Below, in pieces: positions 19,520 through 28,892 of a DNA stretch of 64,000 nucleotides. Every line of letters starts with the position of its first letter. Position 1 is the stretch's first letter. Source of the DNA: an uncultured Gammaproteobacteria bacterium. Lineage in GTDB: Bacteria; Patescibacteriota; Patescibacteriia; Magasanikbacterales; GWA2-37-8. The stretch lies in contig CAZEDL010000002.1 in the NCBI GenBank assembly GCA_964510885.1, forward strand, positions 707 to 64,706, given 5' to 3'. The notes below the pieces were generated by a model. The model was not told the origin of the DNA. It saw nothing but the letters and a program-made list of their open reading frames with translations, and searched no databases. A program made the translations under genes and the position numbers.

Positions 19520-20164
19520 ATGAACCTAGCAGTTGATATCGCTAAACTTCTCCTTGATATTAAAGCAGTCACAGTTAGCATCAATCCCCCGTATACCTGG
19601 TCATCCGGGATTAAAGCGCCGATTTATTGCGATAATCGCCTGATCATTTCTTACCCAGCCGAGCGCCGCCGGATTATTGAAGGATTTAAAAGCATTATTA
19701 AAGAAAAGGGGCTGACCTTTGATGTGATCGGGGGCACCGCTATGGCCGGAGTGCCCTGGGCTGCTTTCTTGGCGTATGAACTTGATAAGCCGCTTATATA
19801 TATTCGCCCCGAACCCAAAGCCCATGGCAAAGGTAAGCAGGTAGAGGGCACGATGCCACGCGGCGCTAGAGTTCTCATCGTAGAGGATTTAATTTCTACC
19901 GGAGGCAGCTCGCTCAAATCAGCGGTGGCGTGCGTGCGCGAATATGAAGCGGTGGTAACTGATATTATTGCTATTTTTACCTACGAGATGCAGTCGGCTA
20001 GGCAGGCTTTTTCTGACGCTGGGATTTCTCTCGCTACTCTTAGCAGCTTCTCTACCTTAATCGAGGTGGCGCAACAGGAAAAATACCTTACCGTTGCCGA
20101 AAAATCAGCAGCCTTCGCGTGGAGCACCGACCCGGAGCACTGGTTCGAATCCCTTACTACTTAA
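19520..20164 (+). CDS. pyrE: Orotate phosphoribosyltransferase
   Basis: PRPP-binding motif VLIVEDLISTGGS; the ORF-track start at 19466 overlaps pyrC and is an extension. Confidence 0.85.
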   Translation: MNLAVDIAKLLLDIKAVTVSINPPYTWSSGIKAPIYCDNRLIISYPAERRRIIEGFKSIIKEKGLTFDVIGGTAMAGVPWAAFLAYELDKPLIYIRPEPKAHGKGKQVEGTMPRGARVLIVEDLISTGGSSLKSAVACVREYEAVVTDIIAIFTYEMQSARQAFSDAGISLATLSSFSTLIEVAQQEKYLTVAEKSAAFAWSTDPEHWFESLTT

Positions 20165-20167
20165 GAC

Positions 20168-20915
20168 TATGAGCTATACCGACATCATTCGCAAACTATA
20201 TAACCAATTTGGCCAGCTATATCACGATTCTCGCTCCGAAGGACCAGGGCGACTACATAATGAATATATTGATCGACCGGCCTTATTAAAACTACTTCCC
20301 AAATCATTGAAGGGGCTGACCGTGCTTGATGCCGGATGCGGTACCGGGATAGTAAGCACGCTGCTAGCCAAGCGAGGAGCCAAGGTAATCGGACTCGACC
20401 TGAGTTCAGTGATGATAGATATTGCCTGCCGTGAAACACCCGCAAAACTGGGAGTAGAATATATCATTGGCACGCTTACTCGCCTGCCTTTTGCCGCCAC
20501 TTCATTTGATCTAGTTGTTTCTAATTACGTATTAGAAAATATTAAAGCACTCCCTACCGTGTTCGACGAATTTTATCGAGTACTTAAAAAAAATGGGAGT
20601 GTTATTTTTTCTATCGCTCACCCCATTAAATCACAAAGCATCGGCACGGAACCGTTAGGAAAAAAGGTGCGAGTGATTGAAGATTATTTTACCCCTGGGA
20701 TGCGTGATGCTGATTTTGGACGAGGTCTCATTGTCCCTAAATTTCGCCGACCGCTCGAAGCCTACACCATCGCTGCGACTGAAGCTGGCTTTTTGATTAG
20801 CGATTTACGCGAGCCGCGCCCTATTGCCGCTGGAAAAAAAGTAGTTCCCGACGGCTATGCAGTCGCTTGTCGGTTACCCCAGTTACTGACAATGAAGTTG
20901 GTTAAATTAAAATAA
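20168..20915 (+). CDS. Class I SAM-dependent methyltransferase
   Basis: Motif I VLDAGCGTG and post-I acidic residue (IGLDLS); inserted between pyrE and pyrF. Confidence 0.6.
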
Positions 20916-20931
20916 TTTTTAACTGCTTTCT

Positions 20932-21705
20932 ATGCTTTCGTATCAGGAACGAGCGGCACGCTGCAGCAACCCAACTGCTAAAAAACTCTTGGAGCTCATG
21001 GAGGCTAAGCAGACTAATCTGTGTCTGGCGGCAGATGCAACGACAAAAAAAGAATTATTAGCCTGGGCGGATGAAATTGGCCCGGAAATATGCCTGCTCA
21101 AAACGCATATTGATATCATTACTGACTTTGACTGGGATTTAATAGTACACTTGCAAGTTCTCGCTAAAAAACATAATTTCTTAATTTTTGAAGATCGTAA
21201 ATTTGCTGACATTGGCAAAACTGTCCAGCATCAGTACCGTGATGGGATGTTTCATATGTCGGAGTGGGCAGATATTGTGAATACGCATACGGTGGCCGGG
21301 CCCGGCAGCATTGAGGCGTTGAAGGAAATTGGACTCCCCAAAGGGCGCGGATTATTGCTCCTCGCAGAAATGACTCCCAAAGGCACCTTGGCCAAGGGTG
21401 AGTACACTGCGGCCTCTATTAAAATGGCGGAGGAGCATCAGGATTTTGTGATCGGCTTTATCACTACGCGAACACTGAGTGACAATCCTTGTTTTATTAA
21501 TATGACCCCAGGGATTCAGATGGCTGGTGGCGGAGACCGGCTCGGGCAACAATATACGTCTCCAGACGAAGCGATCCGAGGTGGGGCTGATGTCATTATC
21601 GTCGGAAGGGGTATTTGCGCAGCCAGCGAGCCCCTAGTAGCAGCCGATGCCTATCGGGAGGCGGGGTGGGAGGCATACCAGGCACGTATAGGTACGAAGA
21701 CTTAA
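20932..21705 (+). CDS. pyrF: Orotidine-5'-phosphate decarboxylase
   Basis: LKTHIDI... and FEDRKFADIG catalytic lysine region; 257 aa. Confidence 0.85.
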   Translation: MLSYQERAARCSNPTAKKLLELMEAKQTNLCLAADATTKKELLAWADEIGPEICLLKTHIDIITDFDWDLIVHLQVLAKKHNFLIFEDRKFADIGKTVQHQYRDGMFHMSEWADIVNTHTVAGPGSIEALKEIGLPKGRGLLLLAEMTPKGTLAKGEYTAASIKMAEEHQDFVIGFITTRTLSDNPCFINMTPGIQMAGGGDRLGQQYTSPDEAIRGGADVIIVGRGICAASEPLVAADAYREAGWEAYQARIGTKT

Positions 21706-21730
21706 TTAAAAACTATTGAAAAATTAATTC

Positions 21731-21917
21731 TCTCCTTAGGAGCTCTGAATTACGAAACTCAATTGTCATCCCGACAACGAAGGAGGGATCTCTGTCTCAA
21801 TTGGCCAACGTAAGGACCGGACAGAGATTGCCTGTGAGGCATCGCGAGACCTCGTCGCCGCGAGGCTCGCTCGGAATGACAAAGCGGTTAATTTCGTAAT
21901 TCAAAGCTTAGGGGGAG
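21731..21917. repeat. Mosaic palindromic element, copy R4, with about 27-bp terminal inverted repeats (TCTCCTTAGGAGCTCTGAATTACGAAA ... TTTCGTAATTCAAAGCTTAGGGGGAGA); MITE-like
   Basis: Terminal inverted repeats plus internal modules GTCATCCCGACAACGAAGGAGGGATCTCTGTC / GACAGAGAT and GTCGCCGCGAG...GGAATGACAAAG. Confidence 0.8.
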
Positions 21918-22046
21918 AATTTTTAGTTAGCAGGTATTTATTGAGTTGCTTTTTTAGAAAAAAATAGACAATGCCAATTTTGGCTAAGATATAAGGGTTA
22001 TTTTTTAATAAATGGCTAATATTAGCCAAAATATCGTCAAAACCCC

Positions 22047-22075
22047 TTGACAAGAGTGGTTTTTTGTGATATACT
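22047..22075 (+). promoter_or_regulatory. Conserved-type promoter TTGACA-17-TGATATACT upstream of the GC-rich secreted-protein gene
   Basis: CCTTGACAAGAGTGGTTTTTTGTGATATACT. Confidence 0.55.
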
Positions 22076-22214
22076 GATTTGTTTAGCATAAAGCTCCAAT
22101 CAAAATTGCTTAGCTAAACAGCACAACGTTGTTTCCTTGGTTTTGTTCATCACCGATTATGGTGGTGCAAAGATGTTCAGAAACAACCTCAAAAAGTGAC
22201 AACAAAGGAGTCCC

Positions 22215-22646
22215 ATGACAAAGTTCCTTCTCGCGCTTCTGGTAATCATCTCGATTGGGAACGCCAACGGCTCTCCCGCCTCAGGTGAGGACGACAACAC
22301 CAGCGACACCGAGGCATACGTCTGGTCCGACGAAGACTGGGCGGAACTCCTCAAGGAGGAGTGGGAGGTCGAGACTCCCGAGGAATGGTTGGGAGACGTG
22401 CTAAAGATGGTGTTTGCCGCCAACGATGTGCAGACGCCCGATGTCGACCAGAACTGGGCGTCGCAATATGACCCCGTCTTCTTTCTCATCTTTAAAGACG
22501 GCTACATGGGGTACACCCCGATCGCCGGGCAGCTGTACCACAACTGCCAAGACGTCGACATTCGCGAGGTCAAGGAGGGGCGATACCCGCGGACACCGCA
22601 TCAGCACGCGGCTCCGCGCATCCCCCCCATGAACCGGTGCCTATAA
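22215..22646 (+). CDS. GC-rich small secreted protein (143 aa), function unknown
   Basis: About 58% GC; AAAGGAG Shine-Dalgarno; N-terminal signal peptide; acidic, Trp-rich mature region. Confidence 0.5.
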   Translation: MTKFLLALLVIISIGNANGSPASGEDDNTSDTEAYVWSDEDWAELLKEEWEVETPEEWLGDVLKMVFAANDVQTPDVDQNWASQYDPVFFLIFKDGYMGYTPIAGQLYHNCQDVDIREVKEGRYPRTPHQHAAPRIPPMNRCL

Positions 22647-22694
22647 GCGCCAACCCGCCGCTGCCAAGTGGCGATAACGGCGGGAAACTCCACA

Positions 22695-22752
22695 CTTCAT
22701 CCGGTCGCTATCTATGAACTCAAACATTGAGCGCATAGATAGCCGGATGAAG
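22695..22752. repeat. 19-22-bp imperfect inverted repeat (CTTCATCCGGTCGCTATCTATG ... CATAGATAGCCGGATGAAG)
   Basis: Long hairpin immediately 3' of the GC-rich secreted-protein gene, upstream of the terminator. Confidence 0.55.
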
Positions 22753-22763
22753 TAACAATATAT

Positions 22764-22800
22764 AAAAACAACCCCAGTCTAATCGGGGTTGTTTTTTATT
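22764..22800. terminator. Bidirectional rho-independent terminator between convergent genes
   Basis: AAAAACAACCCC-AGTCTAATC-GGGGTTGTTTTTTATTTT. Confidence 0.75.
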
Positions 22801-22817
22801 TTACCGTCGAAGAGTGC

Positions 22818-23570
22818 TTAGCCCTGATGTTCGCCCTGCATGAATTTTTTGATATCGCCAATGGTACTCATGAACTGCGCCGGGAAGATAATGGTCGAAT
22901 TCTTTTCAATACTGATCTCGGCCATGGTCTGTAAGTTGCGTAGCTGCAGAGCAATGGGGTGGGCCGCCATCACATCGGCCGTTTCAGCTAATTTTTGCGA
23001 GGAGAGGAATTCACCTTCGGCCGCAATGATCTTGGCACGTTTTTCACGTTCAGCTTCGGCTTGCTTCGCCATAGCACGCTTCATACCTTCGGGCAATTCG
23101 ATATCTTTCATTTCTACTACCGACACAATGACTCCCCAACCTTCGGTGTGGGAATCAAGCACGGTGGTGATTTCTTTATTAATAGTTTCGCGCTCGGTGA
23201 GAATTTCATCGAGCTGGAATTTACCCACGATATTACGGATAGAAGTCTGAGCGATTTGATTGATAGCGTTCATGACATCTTCAATTTCGACGATGCTTTT
23301 GACGGCATCTACCACTTTATAGTATGCGACAGCCGAGACATCCACGGACACGTTGTCCTTGGTGATAATTTGCTGCTTTTGCACTGGCAGGGTGACGGTG
23401 CGGAAATCTACTTTGCGCAGTCGATCAATGAAGGGAATAACCCAGCATAAACCAGGATCTTTTTGACCGACAATTTTACCAAACCGGAATACGACACCTT
23501 TTTGATACTGCTGCACCGTGCGCAAGCCAAAGAGCACGATGAGGACTGGAAGGATAATGAGAACTCCCAT
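22818..23570 (-). CDS. SPFH/Band-7 (stomatin/prohibitin-like) membrane protein
   Basis: N-terminal TM segment followed by an SPFH domain and a coiled-coil tail (AEAEREKRAKIIAAEGE). Confidence 0.85.
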   Translation of the reverse strand: MGVLIILPVLIVLFGLRTVQQYQKGVVFRFGKIVGQKDPGLCWVIPFIDRLRKVDFRTVTLPVQKQQIITKDNVSVDVSAVAYYKVVDAVKSIVEIEDVMNAINQIAQTSIRNIVGKFQLDEILTERETINKEITTVLDSHTEGWGVIVSVVEMKDIELPEGMKRAMAKQAEAEREKRAKIIAAEGEFLSSQKLAETADVMAAHPIALQLRNLQTMAEISIEKNSTIIFPAQFMSTIGDIKKFMQGEHQG

Positions 23571-23655
23571 AGTGATAGGAATTATGAATTAATGATTAAG
23601 AATAAAGAATAACGAATTAAATTTATACCGTGAACTCATCCCAAAATCAATTTAT

Positions 23656-23749
23656 GTCATTCCTGACCAGGATCAGGAATCCAGCACCGTTCACACCAAC
23701 GGACTCAGTAAGACAGGTGTGGATTCCCGCTGCCGCGCGGGAATGACAC
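23656..23749. repeat. Mosaic palindromic element, copy R5 (GTCATTCCTGACCAGGATCAGGAATCCA ... TGGATTCCCGCTGCCGCGCGGGAATGACAC)
   Basis: GGATTCCCGC/GCGGGAATGAC module shared with R1 and R3. Confidence 0.75.
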
Positions 23750-23767
23750 CGAGTGATTGATTGTTTA

Positions 23768-24355
23768 TTATCGAATACTCTGCAACGCTTCTTTCAAGAG
23801 CTGCTCGCTGGTTTTGCCAACGGTATCAAGCTGCTTCAAGACATCACGGGCTTCCAGGGCTGAATAGCCAAGGCCGACCAGGGCATCAATCACATCTGCC
23901 ACCGGATCGGCTACTCCCGGGGGGCGCGTTGCGCCAGAAGCGCTAAATACAGCGTCTTTGAATTTGGAACGTAGCTCTACGATAATGCGCTCTGCGGTCT
24001 TTTTACCAATCCCGCTCACCGCCATCAAGTAGCTGATGTCGCCGCGATTCACCCCGGCGGCGATTTCTTCGGCCGAGCCAAGAGTTAATAATTGCAAGGC
24101 GGTTTTGGGGCCGACACCACTGACTGATAAGAATTGTTTGAATAAAACGCACTCGGCCGTATCTTTGAAGCCGTAGAGCTCCAGAGCGTCTTCGCGGACC
24201 ACGAGGTGGGCGGAGAGCGTAGCATTTTGACCGACCACACAGCTAGTCAGAGCGGCAGGGCTGGCAGCAATTTTATACCCGACTCCCCCACTCGTGAGCA
24301 GAGTTAGGTCTTTGCCGGAGATGTCGACGACCGTGCCGTAAAGAAGAGAAATCAT
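23768..24355 (-). CDS. ruvA: Holliday junction DNA helicase subunit RuvA
   Basis: MISLLYGTVV... start; HhH motifs (SGVGPKTA, VSGIGKKTAE); the ORF-track N-terminal 15 residues read through the repeat and are not real. Confidence 0.85.
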   Translation of the reverse strand: MISLLYGTVVDISGKDLTLLTSGGVGYKIAASPAALTSCVVGQNATLSAHLVVREDALELYGFKDTAECVLFKQFLSVSGVGPKTALQLLTLGSAEEIAAGVNRGDISYLMAVSGIGKKTAERIIVELRSKFKDAVFSASGATRPPGVADPVADVIDALVGLGYSALEARDVLKQLDTVGKTSEQLLKEALQSIR

Positions 24356-24357
24356 AA

Positions 24358-24436
24358 AACACGTAACACGTAACACGTAACACGTAACATACCAGCGCAA
24401 CTAATGTTGCGTGCTATGTGTTACGTGTTACGTGTG
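24358..24436. repeat. Heptamer-repeat palindrome: (ACGTAAC)x4 ... central hairpin GCGCAAC-TAAT-GTTGCG ... (GTTACGT)x2.5
   Basis: Tandem 7-mers in inverted orientation between the nif3 stop (24442) and the ruvA start (24355). Confidence 0.8.
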
Positions 24437-24441
24437 AAGAA

Positions 24442-25404
24442 CTATTTTTTCTTGTTCCGACTGACGCGGATCAGGCCGCCACAGGCCACCACCTCAATCC
24501 CTTTCTTTTCAAGTTCATCGAGGTAGAGGTTCATACCGAGAGAATCGGACGACATATGGCCACAGATCACCACATTCATGTGCGATTCACTGGCTTTGTT
24601 CATCGAATCGTCGCGCATATGCATACCGACAATGGTGCTGATGCCATAGCTCGAGAGCGGCTGATAGACTTTGCTCGACGGGTTGGTGCCACCGGTCATT
24701 TCGAGGAGCACTTTGCCCAGGCGATGATTAGGTGCACCAGCCACAATCTTTGGCCCGGCGCCCATTTTTTTGGCTTGCTGGTATTCCGGAATTTCAAGGA
24801 GTACGGTGATAAGCTCACCGAGTGTTTCGGGGGCTTTTTTATCGAGGTACTGTTGCATGAAAGCTTGAACCAAGTTGTCGGTGACAGTGTGGGTATTGAT
24901 AAAATTTATCTTGAGTAATTCGGCAATATTCACGGCCTGGAAATGGTTAATAGGGTGGACGCCGCGCCCTACTTCGCGCACCCGGTCTTCGGTGATCTTT
25001 TCGGCCATATGCACCGGCACACCTTGCTCCACATACATATCCGTGAACATAGTCATCACTTCATGCAGATTGGCCAAAGCCCGGCCTTCGGGGTGGTGGG
25101 CGATTACGAGATCGATTTTTTTGCCGCGTTCGCCAAGCTGGCTGGCCAACAAAATTTCCGGGGCATTGATATCGATACCGGCCAAGACGCGTTTAACTTC
25201 GGTTTTGCCATCATCAACATGGATAGCACAATCGGGATAGGGATTGGTGAGACGCTCGAGATCAAAAAACTTTTGTTCACTCGGCTTCATGTCTTCGTAG
25301 GCCTTTTTCATGTTGGCCAAATACTTCTTTACCCCCTTTTCACCGCGCGGATCAGCCGCAATGCCCACCTTGAGACTAAGGTCAAAAACACTCTTTACAT
25401 TCAT
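24442..25404 (-). CDS. Nif3-family dinuclear metal centre protein (GTP cyclohydrolase 1 type 2 homologue)
   Basis: HHPEG and C-terminal H..SD metal-binding motifs; 320 aa. Confidence 0.55.
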   Translation of the reverse strand: MNVKSVFDLSLKVGIAADPRGEKGVKKYLANMKKAYEDMKPSEQKFFDLERLTNPYPDCAIHVDDGKTEVKRVLAGIDINAPEILLASQLGERGKKIDLVIAHHPEGRALANLHEVMTMFTDMYVEQGVPVHMAEKITEDRVREVGRGVHPINHFQAVNIAELLKINFINTHTVTDNLVQAFMQQYLDKKAPETLGELITVLLEIPEYQQAKKMGAGPKIVAGAPNHRLGKVLLEMTGGTNPSSKVYQPLSSYGISTIVGMHMRDDSMNKASESHMNVVICGHMSSDSLGMNLYLDELEKKGIEVVACGGLIRVSRNKKK

Positions 25405-25470
25405 AAAAACAGACTAATAAATAACCCTGGTAGTTTAGAAAAAAACGCCAGGGTTGTCAAAAAGAAGTGT

Positions 25471-26985
25471 CTAAATTTTCTTATTAAGCCCAATGGCTTC
25501 GATGATTTTACCCGGCGTAAGATCAGCAAACTTAGGGTCGCGGTCGGGCTGAGAGTAGAGTACGGTATAAATTTCTGGAAGCATCGGCAGCATCATTTCA
25601 TTCAACGTAAGCTGCTTGGACAGGCGCAGAAAATCGGCCACGCCTAGGCGCGGTTCAAGCATAAGATCAATGCCAGTGGCTGGCACAACTTCTGGGCCGG
25701 TATGCGGGAGGCAGGCAAGCATCATGCCGTCACCGCCTAATTCCTTAGTCTGCACGGGTTCGACTGCTTCGGCTTCGTCTAAGTTTCCTACGCGGCGGAG
25801 CCACTCCTGCCAGGCAGTTTTTGATCTGGTTAAATCATTAACTTGAGAAAATCCACCCAAGCATTTCATGCCGTAGTAAAGCGAGATAATAATATAACAG
25901 AGCGTCATGCTCGGGAAAATTTCTTTGGTAGCGAGGCCTTTACTAATCGCGTCGGGGGTAAGCGGATAGACTTGGGTACCATCATCGGAACGAAGCTCGT
26001 CGCCTTTCAAAAACAGCTGCACGCGGCGCATATTCTTGTCTATAGCCCAAAACAGGAAGGTGCCCCAATTATTTTCAATAGAAAAAGCGCCCGGGATATT
26101 ATTAAATAATTCACGGAACAGGCGACGACTTTCGGTATCAAATAAGAACTGATGGATGAGCGAGGCTGTATCTTTGAAATGAATAGTTTGCAGGAGTTCT
26201 GTAACAATCGTTTCGATTTCAATATAAATTACATCCGGCATCAGGCCGTCTGTCTGCTTGAAGAAGTGCTGCCAGAGGCGAAAATTGATTTTGGTTATCT
26301 GCGAGCAGATATCCGGATCGTTAATTACATCAGCGGCACCGAAGTAGGTTTTTAGAATCTCAATAACTTTCTGGCCTTTATCAGCGGGGATTTCTTTGCG
26401 GGCAATCTTTTTTTCGAGTTCGGCGCAGGCGCGATCTAAATTTTCTTGCGAATAGGCTGGGGCGGTGTAGACCGTGGCCATTTTACTTTTATCCGGCGAG
26501 AGCGGTACCCTGAGCAAGGTATTTGAATCAGCGGCATCCGGATGCAACACAACTCCACGCGGGTACGAGGAGTTGTTCATGGAGACCGTGGCAAAGGAAA
26601 AATCGATGAGATAGCGCCAATTTGGATGGCTCTTCTCAAGCAGCGGGAGCCCGGTGATGATATTGGAGTTTAAAAAAAAGGGATGGGTGACCGGGCCATG
26701 ATGATCGGCGGTCGAAACCAGCGGGAGTTCCCGGAGCTGGGTAGCCACACCGGCAGCCACTTCAGGGCCGAGGCGGGCCGCGAGCAGGCGCTCAACCACG
26801 GCAATCAGTTCGGGCTTGCGCGCATCGAGGCGCGGACTTTTATTGATATCTAAAAAATCTTGGGTATAGGAATACAGGGTTTTGTCCCCGTGCTTTTTCA
26901 TGATTTCGCCCAAAATCGGGCGGCGTTGCCAAATAATCTCTTCGAGTTCTGTAATCAAACTACCAGTAGGATCACCATCTCCCAT
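25471..26985 (-). CDS. Hypothetical protein (504 aa), no recognisable motif
   Basis: Long ORF with native-like composition and its own conserved-type promoter. Confidence 0.5.
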   Translation of the reverse strand: MGDGDPTGSLITELEEIIWQRRPILGEIMKKHGDKTLYSYTQDFLDINKSPRLDARKPELIAVVERLLAARLGPEVAAGVATQLRELPLVSTADHHGPVTHPFFLNSNIITGLPLLEKSHPNWRYLIDFSFATVSMNNSSYPRGVVLHPDAADSNTLLRVPLSPDKSKMATVYTAPAYSQENLDRACAELEKKIARKEIPADKGQKVIEILKTYFGAADVINDPDICSQITKINFRLWQHFFKQTDGLMPDVIYIEIETIVTELLQTIHFKDTASLIHQFLFDTESRRLFRELFNNIPGAFSIENNWGTFLFWAIDKNMRRVQLFLKGDELRSDDGTQVYPLTPDAISKGLATKEIFPSMTLCYIIISLYYGMKCLGGFSQVNDLTRSKTAWQEWLRRVGNLDEAEAVEPVQTKELGGDGMMLACLPHTGPEVVPATGIDLMLEPRLGVADFLRLSKQLTLNEMMLPMLPEIYTVLYSQPDRDPKFADLTPGKIIEAIGLNKKI

Positions 26986-27036
26986 ATAGAGAATTAAGTA
27001 CGTTAACTGTCTCCTTTTAGAAATAGCTAAACCCTC

Positions 27037-27065
27037 AGAGTACTCTGATTAGGCTTTTTTGTCAA
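27037..27065 (-). promoter_or_regulatory. Promoter (minus strand) TTGACA-17-TACTCT for the 504-aa gene
   Basis: CTTGACAAAAAAGCCTAATCAGAGTACTCT read on the minus strand. Confidence 0.45.
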
Positions 27066-27267
27066 GCAGGTTTCACTTTTTTGAGACCTTTTTAAGAAGG
27101 ATTGGCGTAGCACTAAGCTTATCGAAATAAGCGCACTGGAACGCCCGTGAGAGTGACCGCGTGCCAAGAAGGCAGCGGGTCTCGCGGGGAAAGGCCCAAC
27201 CTGCCGAGCCGGGCGCGGGGCGCTGGCTGGGGAGGTATGGGTGTGTGGTGGGAGGAGGGGGAGCTCG

Positions 27268-28428
27268 CTACCGCGGGAAGAAGGCCTGGGCCAGCTGGTG
27301 GCCCATCTTGTTGCTCCACACGGCCTCACGCTTCCCACGCAGGATGGCATGGCAGCCGTTGCCGCTGCCCTCGAGGCCCGCGACGTTCGCCTGCTTGCCA
27401 CCGTAGCTGTTGGGGGCGTTGAAATGCCAGGGCTCACCCAGCTCGGTGCTGAGCGAGAAATACGTAGCACCCACGGCCTCCATGGCCTGGAACAGGAGGC
27501 GACGCTCATACTGGGCCTCCCGGAAGATCTCCGGCGTCACGTTGGCGACCCCCAGCTCGCTCAGGTAGCGGCGCAGGATCGGATCGGCGGCAACCTCTCC
27601 AGCATAGACCTCGGGAGTGACGTTCTCCAGGTCGAAGTAGTTGATGACCGCCGGGGAGGCGATCTGATATCCAGGGCGCGCCGTGTAGTCGAAGGGCACG
27701 CCGAGGTTGACGTAGCGGCTGGTCTTGGTATCAATCATCCAGAGATCCACGCTCCCACCGTTGCCGTGGGCGGTGACCGCGTCCTTCTGGAGCGACAGGT
27801 TGTTCTCGCCGAGGTTGGCACGGAAGGTCAAGAGCAGCGTCGCCGCCTCGTCGACGCTCTTGCTGAGCTGTGCGGCGGCGCTCGTCAGCTCCTCGGCCTC
27901 TGAGCCGGTGAGGAGCTTCTGCTTGACATCGTGGAACGTATCGTTCTCGACGACGGCGCAATAGCTGCCGACGTCGTCTGCCTTGATCCCGACATTCAGC
28001 TCGTCGTAGATCGACATGGCCTCGCTGGTCAGGCCGAGCGCACCCATGATCTGCCGGCGCAGGTAGGCCCACAACTCGCGCTGGACCCAGTAGGGACGCC
28101 AGCCGTCGACCACCACCAGGCGGCGATCGTAGGGCGCAAGCAGAAGGTCGGCCTCGACGAGCATGTGGGCCACCGGGGCGCGGACGATCACCTGATCGGG
28201 CGCGCCGGGCAGGCCGGTCGGGTAGTGGACGCAGAGGCCAGGGGTTGCGCCCCGGGAGTAGAGCGGGTGCGTCATGGTCTCGGTGACGAGCACCATGGGG
28301 TCTGGGGCTGACTGCTCGAGGACACTCGTCGGCACGTTGCGGTAGCCGCTATCATCCCCCTCCAGCAGGCTAGTGAAGGAATTGATAGGACGGGTGATGG
28401 GCAGATCGGTCTTGAGGTACTTGTTCAT
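27268..28428 (-). CDS. GC-rich VanX-like D-Ala-D-Ala dipeptidase family (peptidase M15D) protein with extra N- and C-terminal regions
   Basis: LVVVDGWRPY (compare VanX LLWDGYRP), SVDLWMID (Asp of the metal site) and EPWHF (compare VanX EWWH); about 64% GC; AGGAG Shine-Dalgarno; start taken at MNKYLKT. Confidence 0.6.
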   Translation of the reverse strand: MNKYLKTDLPITRPINSFTSLLEGDDSGYRNVPTSVLEQSAPDPMVLVTETMTHPLYSRGATPGLCVHYPTGLPGAPDQVIVRAPVAHMLVEADLLLAPYDRRLVVVDGWRPYWVQRELWAYLRRQIMGALGLTSEAMSIYDELNVGIKADDVGSYCAVVENDTFHDVKQKLLTGSEAEELTSAAAQLSKSVDEAATLLLTFRANLGENNLSLQKDAVTAHGNGGSVDLWMIDTKTSRYVNLGVPFDYTARPGYQIASPAVINYFDLENVTPEVYAGEVAADPILRRYLSELGVANVTPEIFREAQYERRLLFQAMEAVGATYFSLSTELGEPWHFNAPNSYGGKQANVAGLEGSGNGCHAILRGKREAVWSNKMGHQLAQAFFPR

Positions 28429-28583
28429 GACTCGCTCCTGAAAAGGTTGAGGACGTTGGTAGGGACCGGGGAAAACTAGGCTAACATAAGCCCACTTTTC
28501 CCCGGTGTTTCTTCCTAATAACCACACAAATTGTAAAGAACTTGCCTATATTAAGCCAAATTTTGGCAAAATATAACCACTTA

Positions 28584-28612
28584 TAATAGCACAAAATAGC
28601 GAAAAAGTCAAG
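28584..28612 (-). promoter_or_regulatory. Promoter (minus strand) TTGACT-17-TGCTATTAT upstream of the VanX-like gene
   Basis: CCTTGACTTTTTCGCTATTTTGTGCTATTAT; conserved TTTTGTGCTAT extended -10. Confidence 0.5.
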
Positions 28613-28643
28613 GTCTTCGTGGCCGTAGCGCGGTAAATAACTC

Positions 28644-28783
28644 TCATTCTGAGTGAAACGAAGAATCTCTGTCGGTCGGTATAGTGGCCAATTGGACAGA
28701 GATCCTTCACGTTCGTTCAGGATGACAGGTGAATTTCGTAATTCAAAGCTCTAAGGGATCCTTCGCTACGCTCAGGATGACAG
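28644..28783. repeat. Mosaic palindromic element, copy R6 (TCATTCTGAGTGAAACGAAGAATCTCTGTC...GACAGAGATCCTTCACGTTCGTTCAGGATGACAG + TTTCGTAATTCAAAGCTCTAAGGGATCCTTCGCTACGCTCAGGATGACAG)
   Basis: Two tandem hairpin modules including the TTTCGTAATTCAAAGCT inverted-repeat module seen in R4. Confidence 0.8.
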
Positions 28784-28852
28784 GATGGGGTATTATTCGC
28801 CAAGCTAAATGATCATAACTAAAAATTTTTGGCCTAACGTTAGAATAAAAAA

Positions 28853-28891
28853 ACAGCTCTAACCACAAGGATCAGAGCTGTTTTTGATAAT
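28853..28891. terminator. Bidirectional rho-independent terminator 3' of the ATP-grasp gene
   Basis: AAAAAAACAGCTCT-AACCACAAGGATC-AGAGCTGTTTTT. Confidence 0.7.
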
Positions 28892-28892
28892 T

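Noticed and set aside
20128-20150. GGTTCGAATCCC T-loop-like motif at the end of pyrE
   Set aside because: No flanking T-stem or acceptor complementarity. The sequence is in-frame coding sequence (EHWFESLTT).
27027-28311. Overlapping ORFs in the VanX-like region (27027-27509-, 27147-27422+, 27241-27903+, 27731-28072-, 27931-28311+)
   Set aside because: Same high-GC artefact. Only the minus frame carries the VanX motifs and an SD.
28644-28783. Idea that arm asymmetries in the palindromic elements are all G-U compatible (RNA-level selection in one orientation)
   Set aside because: Checking copy R6 base by base shows a mix of G-U-compatible and A-C or A-G mismatches on either strand, so the evidence does not support a clean strand-specific RNA signal.
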